DNA from: a virus
IMG/VR virus record: IMGVR_UViG_3300035660_000005
Coordinates: 1-64,000 of that record
Reading direction: 5' to 3' (one strand)
DNA: 64,000 nt
Shown here: positions 1 through 9,803 of the stretch, in pieces
Layout of the letters: every line of letters starts with the position of its first letter
Position numbering within the stretch: position 1 is the stretch's first letter
Notes under the pieces: generated by a model
The model's database searches: none
Told to the model about the DNA's origin: nothing
Seen by the model: only the letters and a program-made list of their open reading frames with translations
Made by a program: the position numbers and the translations under genes

Positions 1-107
1 ATCGAGAGGCGAGCGGCCGCTACGCTGCTCTGGGAGTTCTGACCACGGCATCTCCTGATCCTTCGGGTACATCACGTTAAACCTTCCTCTCTCTTCTCTA
101 TACTCTC

Positions 108-626
108 TCATCGCGGCAGATAGAAAGAGGAGGGCGGCTTGTGCACCCGCATCACGTTGAGGACGCGGATTGCGTGGTTCGGGCCGCACAGTACTGGGTG
201 AAGTGCGATGCGCTCCAGCCCGAGGTCTTTGTAAGCAGGCAGGACGATGATGTGCAGGAGTAGAAACAGTCCGCCGTCCCGCAGCACCTTCACGGCTGCT
301 GCAGCTATGCGCTTGGGACGCGGTAGATCTGCTTGCCACACAGCGCCGTAACCTGCGTTGTACGGCGGGTCAGCGAGTACAAGGTCGAACGGGCCAAGAT
401 TGGTAGGCAACGCGTCGTAAGGCGCGATGATATCAGCTCCCGTTTCGGGCCTGATATCCGTGGTCGTGCCGAACGCGCAGCTACCGCTGAACATCACCAA
501 CACGTCTCTCGGCTCACGGAGGTAGGTCTCTCGCAGCCGCTTCTCGAAGTAGCGAGGAAACCGCTGAGCCTGGCCGCTATGCGGCTCCACGCCACATAGC
601 CAAGTAGTCGTGTCGATACTGCTCAT
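108..626 (-). CDS. Small DNA amino-methyltransferase-like protein (DPPY motif)
   Basis: FDLVLADPPY catalytic motif, MFSGS motif-I-like segment, VLRDGG downstream; ATG at 626 overlaps the upstream stop. Confidence 0.65.
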   Translation of the reverse strand: MSSIDTTTWLCGVEPHSGQAQRFPRYFEKRLRETYLREPRDVLVMFSGSCAFGTTTDIRPETGADIIAPYDALPTNLGPFDLVLADPPYNAGYGAVWQADLPRPKRIAAAAVKVLRDGGLFLLLHIIVLPAYKDLGLERIALHPVLCGPNHAIRVLNVMRVHKPPSSFYLPR

Positions 627-802
627 TCGCTGCCAAGCTCCGGGCGCTGCTTCAACCACTTGATCGCAGTGCGTAGTCGGACAGCGTAGGCCGGCGTGAC
701 CTCCCTGCCACCACGGCGCCCGTCAGACTCTCTGTGCTGGATCCGCAGCGCCCGCTTTCCAGCGTTGTACTCGTCCAGCGGCATGATTTCCTTCCCGGTC
801 AT
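623..802 (-). CDS. Hypothetical protein (59 aa, below ORF-track cutoff)
   Basis: Hand-translated MTGKEIMPLDEYNAGKR...; fills the gap between recA and the MTase with an ATGA overlap. Confidence 0.5.
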   Translation of the reverse strand: MTGKEIMPLDEYNAGKRALRIQHRESDGRRGGREVTPAYAVRLRTAIKWLKQRPELGSE

Positions 803-1903
803 TTACTCGTCCTCCTCGTCATCGTCGCCACCCGGCGGCACAGACACACCACCGCTTGCGCGGTAAGCCTCAAGCCGTTCGTTGATGGCCGCACGGATGT
901 CGTCCGGCACCGTTGAGGCTCTGAAGGTCTGACCTTCGAATGCCAGGTAGCCGCCCTTCTTCGTGACGAGGCCCATCTGCTGTGCCAGCATCATCCGGCT
1001 GGCGGCGTCATCGATGCCGGTTGCATAGTCGATGATGAACTCGGCCTCACGGAACGGTGGTGCCATCTTGTTCTTGCTGAGCTTGGCCTTACAGATGATG
1101 CCCGTGCTGGACCGCTTATCCTTGCCAACCACTCCCACCTGGGTGGTCTCGACGCGGACGGTACAGTGGAAGCCCAGCGGTCGTGCCGCGATAGTGGTCA
1201 TCTGTGGACCACCAAACCCGAACCCACCGATCACCTCTTTGAGCTGGTTTACGAACACGAGCGCGATCTTGTGTTGAGCGATCTCGCGCGTGATCTTGCG
1301 CAGCCCTGCGGACAGGCGCCGGGCGTGAATGCCAGGCTGCATGTCCTCGAAGGAGCCCTCGACCTCTGACTTCGTTGGGGTGCCGGCGATAGAGTCCCAC
1401 ACGATCACGGACAGTAGATCCTCGTCCTCAGCGCGCACGTGGGTGACGATCTCGTCGATCTTGGCGAGGGCATCCTCCACGTGCTCGGGATGCACGATGA
1501 TCACCGGCAGTAGGTCCGAGTCCGTAGGTAGAGTATCCTCGTCGTACAGCCCCATGCGGGCGGCGCGCTCTGTGTCGAACGCGTACTCAGCGTCGATGTA
1601 CACGGCCAGCCCGCCGCGGCGCTGGCACTCGGCCATGATGTGTGTGACGACCGTCGTCTTACCGGAGGCCTCCTTGCCCTGGATCACGGTCAGGCGACCG
1701 CACGGAATGCCTGGCCTGCCGAGCGCCATGTTCAGGGCGAGACACTGCGTGCTGATGAAGTCCGTGATTGCGCTCTCACGGTTCGCACCCGATGAGGTGG
1801 CTGCCTCGTTACCGAAGCGGTCACGTAGCGCGCGCAGGACGACATCGCTCGCACGCAGTCCACTGGACTGCTCACTGGTACGAGGATGACGTCGCTTCGC
1901 CAC
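803..1903 (-). CDS. recA: RecA/UvsX-like recombinase
   Basis: Walker A GKEASGKTT, YIDAEYA, VWDSIA, FVNQLKE, KNKMAPPFR motifs. Confidence 0.95.
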   Translation of the reverse strand: MAKRRHPRTSEQSSGLRASDVVLRALRDRFGNEAATSSGANRESAITDFISTQCLALNMALGRPGIPCGRLTVIQGKEASGKTTVVTHIMAECQRRGGLAVYIDAEYAFDTERAARMGLYDEDTLPTDSDLLPVIIVHPEHVEDALAKIDEIVTHVRAEDEDLLSVIVWDSIAGTPTKSEVEGSFEDMQPGIHARRLSAGLRKITREIAQHKIALVFVNQLKEVIGGFGFGGPQMTTIAARPLGFHCTVRVETTQVGVVGKDKRSSTGIICKAKLSKNKMAPPFREAEFIIDYATGIDDAASRMMLAQQMGLVTKKGGYLAFEGQTFRASTVPDDIRAAINERLEAYRASGGVSVPPGGDDDEEDE

Positions 1904-2865
1904 TATGCTCGCCGCCTCTCTGCGCGACGCTGGAGGACGCCGGCGACGGTCGCGCTCGCGGATCCGGGCTCCGGTGCCTTACCGATGGGGCGACCGGGGC
2001 GTGTGGCTGGCCGTGCGGTCGGTCTCGGTGTCGCCACCCTGGGCTTGACCTTGGGACGGTCTTCGCGTGCCCGTGGCTCGGGCTCGTTGTCCTCTTCCTC
2101 TTCCTCTTCCTCCTCCACCGGAGGCGCCTTGCGGGTCTTGGCGGTCGTAGTAGAAGTGCGGCGCTTCGCGGCCGGCCGCCTTTCGTCCTCCTCATCCTCC
2201 TCGTCGATCTCGTCCGACTCGCCCTCGTAGCCTGCCTGCATCTCCTCGTCGGTGAGGAACGGTCGCAGGTTCCGCAGGTCCTTCAGCGAATCAGGATCCT
2301 CCTCGATCAGGGCGATTACGTCAGGAGCCAAGGCCGATGGCGACTTGCGGGCGCGGATGTTGTAGCGCGTCTTCCGTCCGGAGCCCTCGCGCTCAACGAT
2401 CAGGTCGTACCCGTCCTCAGGGTCGGAGATGTCGCCGTAGTCCGGGTCGGCTATGTAGCGCATGATCTGGTCGTACACCTGACGGCCGAACTCCCAGACC
2501 TGAATCCCAGTGTCGAGGTCGTTGGGCGTCACTATGTTCGCGTGGAAGCGCACGCGCATCGCGAGCGCTGCGGCTTCCTTCCGGTCGTCCTCGTTGCCGG
2601 AGTCGTACAGCTCCTGCGCTCGGTTGCACAGCCAGCACTCGTCGGCTACGCGAAACGCGGCCGGACACGAGATCGAACGCCCACCTATCCAGTGCACGCC
2701 GCCCTTGACAATGGTCCTGCCGTTCGCCTCTTCGTGAGGCGGCAGTATGCGCACGTACGTCCTGCCCACCGGCACTGTGAAGAATCGAACGCCTGCGCCA
2801 CGCTCGGCTTCGTCTTCGTCGCGGTCGGCGAGCATCGCATCCAAGTCAGCTCTTCCCACCACCAT
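1903..2865 (-). CDS. Single-stranded DNA-binding protein, T4 gp32-like
   Basis: VRILPP, H-x-C..CxxC zinc site, DISDPEDGYDL..KTRY, acidic/low-complexity tail; adjacent to recA. Confidence 0.75.
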   Translation of the reverse strand: MVVGRADLDAMLADRDEDEAERGAGVRFFTVPVGRTYVRILPPHEEANGRTIVKGGVHWIGGRSISCPAAFRVADECWLCNRAQELYDSGNEDDRKEAAALAMRVRFHANIVTPNDLDTGIQVWEFGRQVYDQIMRYIADPDYGDISDPEDGYDLIVEREGSGRKTRYNIRARKSPSALAPDVIALIEEDPDSLKDLRNLRPFLTDEEMQAGYEGESDEIDEEDEEDERRPAAKRRTSTTTAKTRKAPPVEEEEEEEEDNEPEPRAREDRPKVKPRVATPRPTARPATRPGRPIGKAPEPGSASATVAGVLQRRAERRRA

Positions 2866-2916
2866 TGGTTTTCACTCCTCTCCCAGCGGAATGCTGAGTA
2901 TCCACAACCCTATACA

Positions 2917-3387
2917 CTACTCGCTCGCGGCGGCAGTGTCGCGTCTCAGGGTGAACGCAAGCGAGTTGAGCATGTCCCTGCGCTGTCGGAAGGCCTCTCG
3001 TAGGGCTCCGAGGATGGCCGCCCGACGCACGGCCTCGTTGTATGAGTCAACCAACTCCATGACCTGCTCGCTCGTGGTCACCGCGTCGTCAACGCCGGCC
3101 TCGGTTATGCGCTCATTGCGTCCCTTACCTTCGTTCGTCCCACGAAGTTCACGGCCCAGGGCTGCACGCACGACTGCAAGATCCTGCTTTGCGCGACCGA
3201 CCTCGTAGTCCGCCTGTGCGGCCACCGTAGCTACCCACGCGAACAGTCCCGGTTGTGTGCGCAGGTCCTCGCCAGCGTCGACGGGGTCGATCTTGAGTGC
3301 GTCGATCAGCGTGTCGACCCCTACCGTGTAGTCCTCGTCGGCAATAGTGATGACAAACGTCTCGTGTATCGCTTTCATTCGGAGCAC
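2917..3387 (-). CDS. UvsY-like recombination mediator
   Basis: Helical coiled-coil protein (LKID..QPGLFAW..AFRQRRDML) next to SSB/RecA. Confidence 0.55.
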   Translation of the reverse strand: MLRMKAIHETFVITIADEDYTVGVDTLIDALKIDPVDAGEDLRTQPGLFAWVATVAAQADYEVGRAKQDLAVVRAALGRELRGTNEGKGRNERITEAGVDDAVTTSEQVMELVDSYNEAVRRAAILGALREAFRQRRDMLNSLAFTLRRDTAAASE

Positions 3388-3638
3388 CTCTCAAGAAGGA
3401 CCGCCACCTCGGCCTCCAGCGCGAGCTTGGTCAACGACAGCATGTAGTAGAGTTCCCACGCTGCTGTGCCCGGTGGAGCCAAGTGACTCGCGGACTTGCG
3501 CGCACGTGTCTCGATGGAGTCCGGGCCCCTCTTGCAACCTCGGATCCGATTGTAGTAGGCTTGCCTCTTGGACGAGGCCCGTGCACCCTCTGAGATCTTT
3601 TGTCGACGCTCTAGTTCGTCTGCGGTTGGTGCCGTCAT
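3375..3638 (-). CDS. Small NUMOD3-like DNA-binding protein / homing endonuclease remnant
   Basis: ERRQKISEG and ETRARKSASH repeats resemble NUMOD3; ATG at 3638 coupled to the upstream stop. Confidence 0.4.
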   Translation of the reverse strand: MTAPTADELERRQKISEGARASSKRQAYYNRIRGCKRGPDSIETRARKSASHLAPPGTAAWELYYMLSLTKLALEAEVAVLLERCSE

Positions 3639-4426
3639 GATAACCCCCTTGCGAACTGCAGTAACGCCGCAGCATTCACGCATGCACGACGGCGCGCTCT
3701 TAGATCTGGCTTGCGGTGTAGGTCACTACTGCCGACGTTGTCGACGTAGCGCGCCTTGCCGCCGAGCTCAAGTTCGACGCCGCAGCACGCGGCCCAGTAC
3801 GCGAACGCGCTGTCGTTCGAGCGCACCAGAGCGTGAGGATGACTCACGAGACGAACAATCTCTTGCGTGAGTGAGCCATCGGCGCCGAGTAGGTGGATCG
3901 ACTTTCCAAGGTGCGTCACCGCATCAATGGCTCTGGCTCGGGAGTCCACAAGACTCGGCGAGTCGAAGCGCGAGAAGCACCGTCGGACAGAGTACTTGCT
4001 AAGGCCCAACGTGCGCACCGTCGGTAGAGTGGCCAGCTTGTCAGCACACTTCACGTACTCAGAGACGGTCGCGCCTTGCGGTACCGCCATGATGGTTGTG
4101 AAGTGATCAACACGTCGCATGAGTGTACCGATGAAATCACGAGTCGCTTCGACCGTACCAGGGCCGTCGAACAGTACGTCAGGGGCGACAACCTCCACAG
4201 CACCAATCTCGGCGGCAAGGTCGATCAGTGTGTCGTTGTCAACCAAGGCACCCTCAGCAGTGCCATTGTCAAGTAACACGAACCTACCCGCTGCGGCCGC
4301 ACGCTTGTAGTATGCTCGGTACCCTTCGTTGTCGCGCGCTAACGGCGCTAGACAGAACTCCAGGTCGCCCAGCGCGCACAGATCCAAGAAGTGAACAGAG
4401 CTGATGAAGGCCAAAGCCAGGCGCAT
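3635..4426 (-). CDS. TGT-fold transglycosylase-like protein (DpdA-like, candidate 7-deazaguanine insertion enzyme)
   Basis: LLDNG, APDVL, MAVPQG, IHLLG, RSNDSA motifs in TGT-superfamily order. Confidence 0.65.
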   Translation of the reverse strand: MRLALAFISSVHFLDLCALGDLEFCLAPLARDNEGYRAYYKRAAAAGRFVLLDNGTAEGALVDNDTLIDLAAEIGAVEVVAPDVLFDGPGTVEATRDFIGTLMRRVDHFTTIMAVPQGATVSEYVKCADKLATLPTVRTLGLSKYSVRRCFSRFDSPSLVDSRARAIDAVTHLGKSIHLLGADGSLTQEIVRLVSHPHALVRSNDSAFAYWAACCGVELELGGKARYVDNVGSSDLHRKPDLRARRRACVNAAALLQFARGLS

Positions 4427-4438
4427 CGACTCTACCTC

Positions 4439-4687
4439 CTACTGGTTCGCCACGTACCGCTTGCAACGACGACACATCCGCAACGTCGCCACAGGGTGAC
4501 GTCCGGACACGTCGTGTCCGAGACGGTGACAGATGAAGGCGCTTCCGTCGACCTTGTCCGCCAGATGGTCGGGCTGCGTGATCATGCCGATACCATGCAG
4601 CAGTCGTGAGAACGCGAGCGCTGCACAACCAACCACCTTGTTCATGAGTTCAACCACGATAGGTTCTCCCCTGCCCCTTACACCCAC
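4439..4687 (-). CDS. Hypothetical protein (Cys/His-rich C-terminus)
   Basis: ORF in operon; CHRLGH..CRRC. Confidence 0.45.
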   Translation of the reverse strand: MGVRGRGEPIVVELMNKVVGCAALAFSRLLHGIGMITQPDHLADKVDGSAFICHRLGHDVSGRHPVATLRMCRRCKRYVANQ

Positions 4688-5589
4688 GCACGCACTCGGC
4701 GAGCCGGCGTGGACGGTTCAGCCTGTGCGATGGCGCGCAACATGACGTCACGTCCCAGCTTACTTGGATCGCCCTCGGCGAGCGACACCACATGTGTGTC
4801 GACAAAGAGCGCCAACCGAGAGGCGGCATCCTCGGCCTCTCGCCTCGCGTCGGCATCCCAAGCAAGACTGACACTACGGAAGCCGGCCTCGGCCAGAAGC
4901 AACACTTGGGCATTGGTGAGGCGCTTACCGAGTGAGGCGACAGCGCGGTCCGGCAGCACAAAGCAGTCAAACACGCCCTCGACCACCACGACACGGTCGA
5001 TACTGTGGCGCACACGGTCCAGGTTGAACAAGTACTGAGACTGCCGGTTGCCGGACGGCGACAAGATCTTCATAGGTTGTACATCGGTAATGTCGCGCGC
5101 TACGAAGGAGACCAGTTGTGAGTTGTGTACCACCGGCACGATGAGCCGTCCGGCATAGCGACCCGTGCGACAGAACCCGATGTTGTACGTTTGCACCAGC
5201 TCAGGTGTGAGGTGTCGACGCGCCGCGTAGTTCCAGAACCTACGGTTGCCGGTGCCGACTGGCAACCTCAGACGCTCGAACTCATCTGGTAGTTTGATCG
5301 CATCCGACTGTCTGCTCGGCTCGTCGTCATCATCTTCGTCGGGAGTTGCCGGCGCAAGTACGTCACTGATCAGGCCCAACCTACGGAGCGCCTTGACGAG
5401 CTGCTCGCCGCGTCCGTGACGTCCGCAGTACTTGCAAGTCCAGAGCCCCCTACGCGCGTGAATGTAGAAGGAGATGCGGTGGTGGTGACAGAACGGACAG
5501 GTGCACGACAACTGGTCAGCACCCGACTCAGTTACGTCACGAGCAACGTGCTCGAGTATGGCCCGCCAGCTAGTTCTCGTCATCCTCAT
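4678..5589 (-). CDS. DNA primase (zinc finger + TOPRIM)
   Basis: CPFC..CKYCG zinc finger; VVVEGVFD and AWDAD TOPRIM motifs; start probably ATG 5589 or 5583. Confidence 0.9.
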   Translation of the reverse strand: MRMTRTSWRAILEHVARDVTESGADQLSCTCPFCHHHRISFYIHARRGLWTCKYCGRHGRGEQLVKALRRLGLISDVLAPATPDEDDDDEPSRQSDAIKLPDEFERLRLPVGTGNRRFWNYAARRHLTPELVQTYNIGFCRTGRYAGRLIVPVVHNSQLVSFVARDITDVQPMKILSPSGNRQSQYLFNLDRVRHSIDRVVVVEGVFDCFVLPDRAVASLGKRLTNAQVLLLAEAGFRSVSLAWDADARREAEDAASRLALFVDTHVVSLAEGDPSKLGRDVMLRAIAQAEPSTPARRVRAWV

Positions 5590-6910
5590 CCTCAGGAGGT
5601 ATGGGCTCAAGAAGTTGAGCGTGGTCGAAGAGCGCCTGAACGGTGACGGGAATGCCAGGCCGTCCACGCCGAGCCGCGACAACGTCGAGTCGCAACAGGG
5701 GAGGTTTCGACTTCGCCTCTTCTGGCGTCTGCGACATGGCCACCACGAAGTCTGCCTTCATTGCCTTGCCGAGCGACTCAGCGATCTGGCTGATGACGAC
5801 GTCCTTGGTGTTCAACGACTGTCGGTTCGACTGTGTCGCCGTCCACACAGGTAGACCAGTGGTCATGCCGAGGTTTCGCAACTCGAGGAACACGTCCGCC
5901 TGCTCCTCGTACGCACGCTCATGTCGCTGCCGCGAACGCGCGAGGTCACCGTAGTCAATGACGACGAGGCCGATGCGGTGCTCGAACAGCAACTCCTCAA
6001 GATCCGACTCAATGTCGGACACCGATGTGACCTTCGCGGGGAACCACCTGATGAACACCTGAGCGTCTGAGTCTATACGCTGAAGCTGCACCCTGGCCCG
6101 TTCATGCAGTTCGGATCCGGTGACGTGTTCACGTAGTGCCGTCTCGACGGACTCACCCACCAGGTGGGCCATGTACCGACCGTACGTATCCTCGGCCGAG
6201 TTCTCTAGCGAGTAGTGCACAACCGAAACGTTCCGTCTCAGTGCGCTGGCACCAAGCTGCACAAGCGCCATCGACTTACCGCGCTTGAGTGGGCCCATCA
6301 TGACACCGAGCTCGCCCGGTCGTAGCCCTCCGCCCAGCGCCAGGTCGAGGCCTGGAATACCGGTCGATATCGACACTCGGTCCAGGCGCTCTGGGGCGAA
6401 GTACTCAAGCACCTTGTCGAGGTCGTCTGGGAACACAAGGTACTCGTCCTTGTTCGCACGCACCTGTTGCGCAGCACGAACGACGTCGAACGCCTTGTCA
6501 ACCTCGCCCTCGTCGAGGTGGTAGCTCGCGGTACGGACTGCCTGCTCGAACTCGCGCACCTTGATGTAGTACTCCAGCCGATCGCGCACGTATGCCGTCA
6601 CGCCCGTGCTCGGTGCGCCATCCTCCTCGAGGGCGTTCACTAACGCATCCATCAGCTCTGGCTGGACGCCGATCACAGACCATGCGCGCTGAGGCTCGTC
6701 GAGCTCGATCTTGAACGATTCGAGCCCGGGCGCTAGCCGATGTCGCTCGTAGAAGTCGAGCGCGAACTCGGCCAGGAAGTGCAGTTCGGGCGCCTTGAAG
6801 TGCTCGGGCTTCAGGACGCCGCGGAACGCCCGTAGGAAGTCAGTGTCCTCGAGAAGTAGGTATGCTGCGTGCCGAAGTAGTTCACCCTCGGTGACTTGTT
6901 GTGTGCTCAT
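5570..6910 (-). CDS. DnaB-like replicative helicase
   Basis: Walker A GPLKRGKS, YSLE, VIDYGD, WTATQSNR, IAESLGK..ADF. Confidence 0.9.
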   Translation of the reverse strand: MSTQQVTEGELLRHAAYLLLEDTDFLRAFRGVLKPEHFKAPELHFLAEFALDFYERHRLAPGLESFKIELDEPQRAWSVIGVQPELMDALVNALEEDGAPSTGVTAYVRDRLEYYIKVREFEQAVRTASYHLDEGEVDKAFDVVRAAQQVRANKDEYLVFPDDLDKVLEYFAPERLDRVSISTGIPGLDLALGGGLRPGELGVMMGPLKRGKSMALVQLGASALRRNVSVVHYSLENSAEDTYGRYMAHLVGESVETALREHVTGSELHERARVQLQRIDSDAQVFIRWFPAKVTSVSDIESDLEELLFEHRIGLVVIDYGDLARSRQRHERAYEEQADVFLELRNLGMTTGLPVWTATQSNRQSLNTKDVVISQIAESLGKAMKADFVVAMSQTPEEAKSKPPLLRLDVVAARRGRPGIPVTVQALFDHAQLLEPIPPEDEDDEN

Positions 6911-7743
6911 CAACTCCCCACCAGGCGCAGCTTGCCGCGAAGTGGTGGATGTTCCGCCTCCTCGTGAACTCTGCGCACTGCATCCCTATACTCCTGCCGC
7001 TCCTTGGGCGTCATGGTCTCGAACTGCTCGTGCTTGGCCTCGCGGTTGCGCAGCGCGTCGTTCGCATCCTGCAGCAGCTCCTCGCGCAACCACCAGAGTC
7101 GACGCAACGGTGGCATGTTCAAGTCTCTCGCCTTGTACATGTCCATTGCGAAGAAGCCACTGAGCATAAGTTCAAGAAGGTGGGGCTCGAAGTCGCGTGT
7201 GAGGTTCTTCGCATGGCGGTAGTCCTCTGGGCGTGGACTGTACCGGGCACCGTAGGCCTTCTCGAAGCGCTCGCTGAATCGACGCAGGAGCGCCTCGTGC
7301 GGTCTCGGCTCCACGAGACGGGGAGCAAGATCGTGTGGGATCTCCTCGAGCGGGCTGTTGATGCGCATGCTGTCCTCCTCAATTTCGAGTCCCTCGTCAC
7401 TATCATTTTGATAACTTGCGTCTACTTCCTTGGACCTGATCTCCTGGGTCCCGGATCTAGGGGATGTAGGATCTAGAGACAAGTTATCAAAATGAGATAG
7501 GGCATCGGTATCAAAAAGCGCGGTCACAAGCAGGCGCGGTCGGCCGCCACCGTGCGATGCCGCATGACGAGTAACGCGGATCAGTTTGGCCCGCTCGAGT
7601 TCTTGGCGACCCTTACTTACTTGTGATATCGTCAGGCCGAGCAGACGCGCAGTCGCTGTAGTGGTGAGCATGCAGCCCCTCACGTGCGAGTAAAGCTGCC
7701 AGAGCTTGGGTACCACCGTTGAAGGTCGACCGCGCTTACTCAC
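6910..7743 (-). CDS. Putative replication initiator (N-terminal HTH)
   Basis: HTH-like TARLLGLTISQVSKGRQELERAKLI; upstream of the helicase; contains an AT-rich inverted repeat. Confidence 0.5.
   Translation of the reverse strand: MSKRGRPSTVVPKLWQLYSHVRGCMLTTTATARLLGLTISQVSKGRQELERAKLIRVTRHAASHGGGRPRLLVTALFDTDALSHFDNLSLDPTSPRSGTQEIRSKEVDASYQNDSDEGLEIEEDSMRINSPLEEIPHDLAPRLVEPRPHEALLRRFSERFEKAYGARYSPRPEDYRHAKNLTRDFEPHLLELMLSGFFAMDMYKARDLNMPPLRRLWWLREELLQDANDALRNREAKHEQFETMTPKERQEYRDAVRRVHEEAEHPPLRGKLRLVGS
7403..7495. repeat. 16-bp perfect inverted repeat in an AT-rich patch, candidate replication origin
   Basis: TCATTTTGATAACTTG (7403-7418) / CAAGTTATCAAAATGA (7480-7495), with GGATCTAG direct repeats between them. 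Confidence 0.6.
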
Positions 7744-7984
7744 TCACATCCTCGAGCAGGCCCACGCTCTCGAGCCTGTACATAGCTTTGGCGAATGCGG
7801 CCTGACTGACGCCGAGGTTTTTTGCGAACGTGATCAGGTCTACCTCGGTATACCCGTCGAGCGCATGCTTCCGTAGGGACTTGTACACCCGCTGTTCGAC
7901 CGCGCTGAGGTAGTCGCCCCACCGTGTCCAAGCTGTCTCGTCCCACGATGGGTCAGCAAGAGTAAGCGGCATCATGCGCTGCAC
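7736..7984 (-). CDS. Small winged-HTH protein
   Basis: FAKNLGVSQAAFAKAMYRLESVGLL. Confidence 0.6.
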   Translation of the reverse strand: MQRMMPLTLADPSWDETAWTRWGDYLSAVEQRVYKSLRKHALDGYTEVDLITFAKNLGVSQAAFAKAMYRLESVGLLEDVSE

Positions 7985-8394
7985 GGTAGCACCTCCACTT
8001 TGCTATGAACCGGGCAGGATCTGCAGGTGCACTTGTTGGTTCGCTGCTCCTCGCGGGTCACCCAGCGGCAATTCTCAGGCGTGTAGTCGCCGTCATTGTC
8101 GATGCGGTCAAGCTGCAGTCCCTCGGGCCGCTCGCCCATGTCCTCAAGGAAGTTGACGAAAGTGACCCAGCGCGCGCAGACGGCGATTCCTCGACCACCG
8201 TAGTTCTTATAAGAGGGACTCTTGGGGTTCGTGCAGCGCTGCTTCATGTCCGCCCAAATCGTGTAGGTGGAGCTGGGTGGGGTACCGGCTGCCGGATGCT
8301 TGGCGTGTCCGTGCGTTAGAGCGCTTCTATTCCCAAGTCCCGTACCCTTCTTGGCTGCGCTGATGGCAGCGCAGTGCTCCAGCGAGCGGCTCAT
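7972..8394 (-). CDS. HNH homing endonuclease with NUMOD3-like N-terminus
   Basis: WADMKQRC..YGGRGI.VC.RW..F..DMGERP..LDRIDNDGDY.PENCRW; ATG at 8394. Confidence 0.85.
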   Translation of the reverse strand: MSRSLEHCAAISAAKKGTGLGNRSALTHGHAKHPAAGTPPSSTYTIWADMKQRCTNPKSPSYKNYGGRGIAVCARWVTFVNFLEDMGERPEGLQLDRIDNDGDYTPENCRWVTREEQRTNKCTCRSCPVHSKVEVLPCSA

Positions 8395-9803
8395 AGCTTT
8401 ACCACCTCCACCGCGGCTCCTACAGACTTGTACGCTCTGGCACGCTCGCGTGCTTGCCGGAACATCGTTCTGGAATGTGTGTCCCAAAGATCGATGACCT
8501 CGAGTCGATCCTTGCCCTCGGCCGTGCGGCTACCGCGACCGATGCGCTGCACGACAACATGCTGAGCGCGACCGCCACCGGCGATCACCAGACCAGCGAG
8601 TTCTGGCACGTCAACCCCCTGGTCGAAGATTACACTTGCAATTATAATGTGCTCACCGCCATCGCGCAACCTTTGCAGCACGTCCTTGCGCGTAGCTACC
8701 TCCGAGGAGCCGTGCACAAACGGTGCGCCTAGCGCTTGAGCCAGGCGAGCGCCGTGCTCGATCATGTTGACAAGTACCAACGTTGGGCGCCCGTCGCGCG
8801 CCAAGGCTTCGGCTGCGGCTACGATGGCCGCGTTGCGTGCATCGTTGCGGACTATCGCGCTACGGTAGAGAGCCGCGTAGTGTGGGAAGTGCCCATCAGC
8901 GACGTCGAACATCACCTCCGGCCATGAGGCCAGTGGTGTGGCGACGTTCCACTGAAGCATCGTAACGAACGCCGGCACACTGACGCCCCTCTGCACTGCC
9001 TCCTGCGGAGACAGCTCCATGATGACGGGGCCTGTAGCGCCGATGAGTTGGAGCCGCGCACGATCGTCGCCCTGCTTGAACGGTGTGGCCGACCACCCAA
9101 AGCGGTAATAGGCCGGTACGGACATCACGACGGGCATGTACGTTTTTGCCGGAAGGGAATGGCACTCGTCGTCATGCACGACGTCGAAACTCCGCAGTAC
9201 GTAGCGAGCCTCCTGTTCGTCCGTTCGTAACCATGATCGTAGTGACTGAAGCATGGCGATTGTCACATCGCCCAACTGCCGGCTTCCTGCCCCGAAGACA
9301 CCGATACGCACACCCGGCAGACGCTCCTTGAACCGCTTGGCAGTCTGCACAGCGAGGTCACGACTGTTGACCAGGACAAGCGTCCGCAGTCCAAGTGCTG
9401 CCGTGATGGCCATCATCATCTCGGTCTTGCCCGTGCCGGTTGCCATATGGAAGACTCCACGCTCGTGCTCAAGAGCGGCAGCAACCGCCGTCTCCTGGTA
9501 ATCTCGCAGCGCGACGGCCAACTTCCATGGGGTGCCCGGTTCTGGTTTGGAGCGGTCATAAACGTACTCGAAGACGATGTCCTCCGCAGTGAGTGCTGCG
9601 GCCACATGCTCCACCAGGCCGGCCGGGAACGCTCCGCGTCGAGACAGTAGAGTGCGCCGACCATCCCACTTGCCTGCCTTGTAAGCTCGCGTGAACCGGA
9701 AACCCTTGTCCCAGTAGCTGAGCGCCTCTCGAACGGTACGCAGTGCAGCGGGTGGACCCTCAACGCCCGCCAGCGTGTTCGTGACGTAGAGCCTCGTGCT
9801 CAC
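8391..9803 (-). CDS. Superfamily 2 DNA helicase (UvsW/XPB-like)
   Basis: LRDYQ, ATGTGKT, DECH, SAT, QRIGRGSR motifs; GTG at 9803 overlaps the polA stop. Confidence 0.9.
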   Translation of the reverse strand: MSTRLYVTNTLAGVEGPPAALRTVREALSYWDKGFRFTRAYKAGKWDGRRTLLSRRGAFPAGLVEHVAAALTAEDIVFEYVYDRSKPEPGTPWKLAVALRDYQETAVAAALEHERGVFHMATGTGKTEMMMAITAALGLRTLVLVNSRDLAVQTAKRFKERLPGVRIGVFGAGSRQLGDVTIAMLQSLRSWLRTDEQEARYVLRSFDVVHDDECHSLPAKTYMPVVMSVPAYYRFGWSATPFKQGDDRARLQLIGATGPVIMELSPQEAVQRGVSVPAFVTMLQWNVATPLASWPEVMFDVADGHFPHYAALYRSAIVRNDARNAAIVAAAEALARDGRPTLVLVNMIEHGARLAQALGAPFVHGSSEVATRKDVLQRLRDGGEHIIIASVIFDQGVDVPELAGLVIAGGGRAQHVVVQRIGRGSRTAEGKDRLEVIDLWDTHSRTMFRQARERARAYKSVGAAVEVVKL

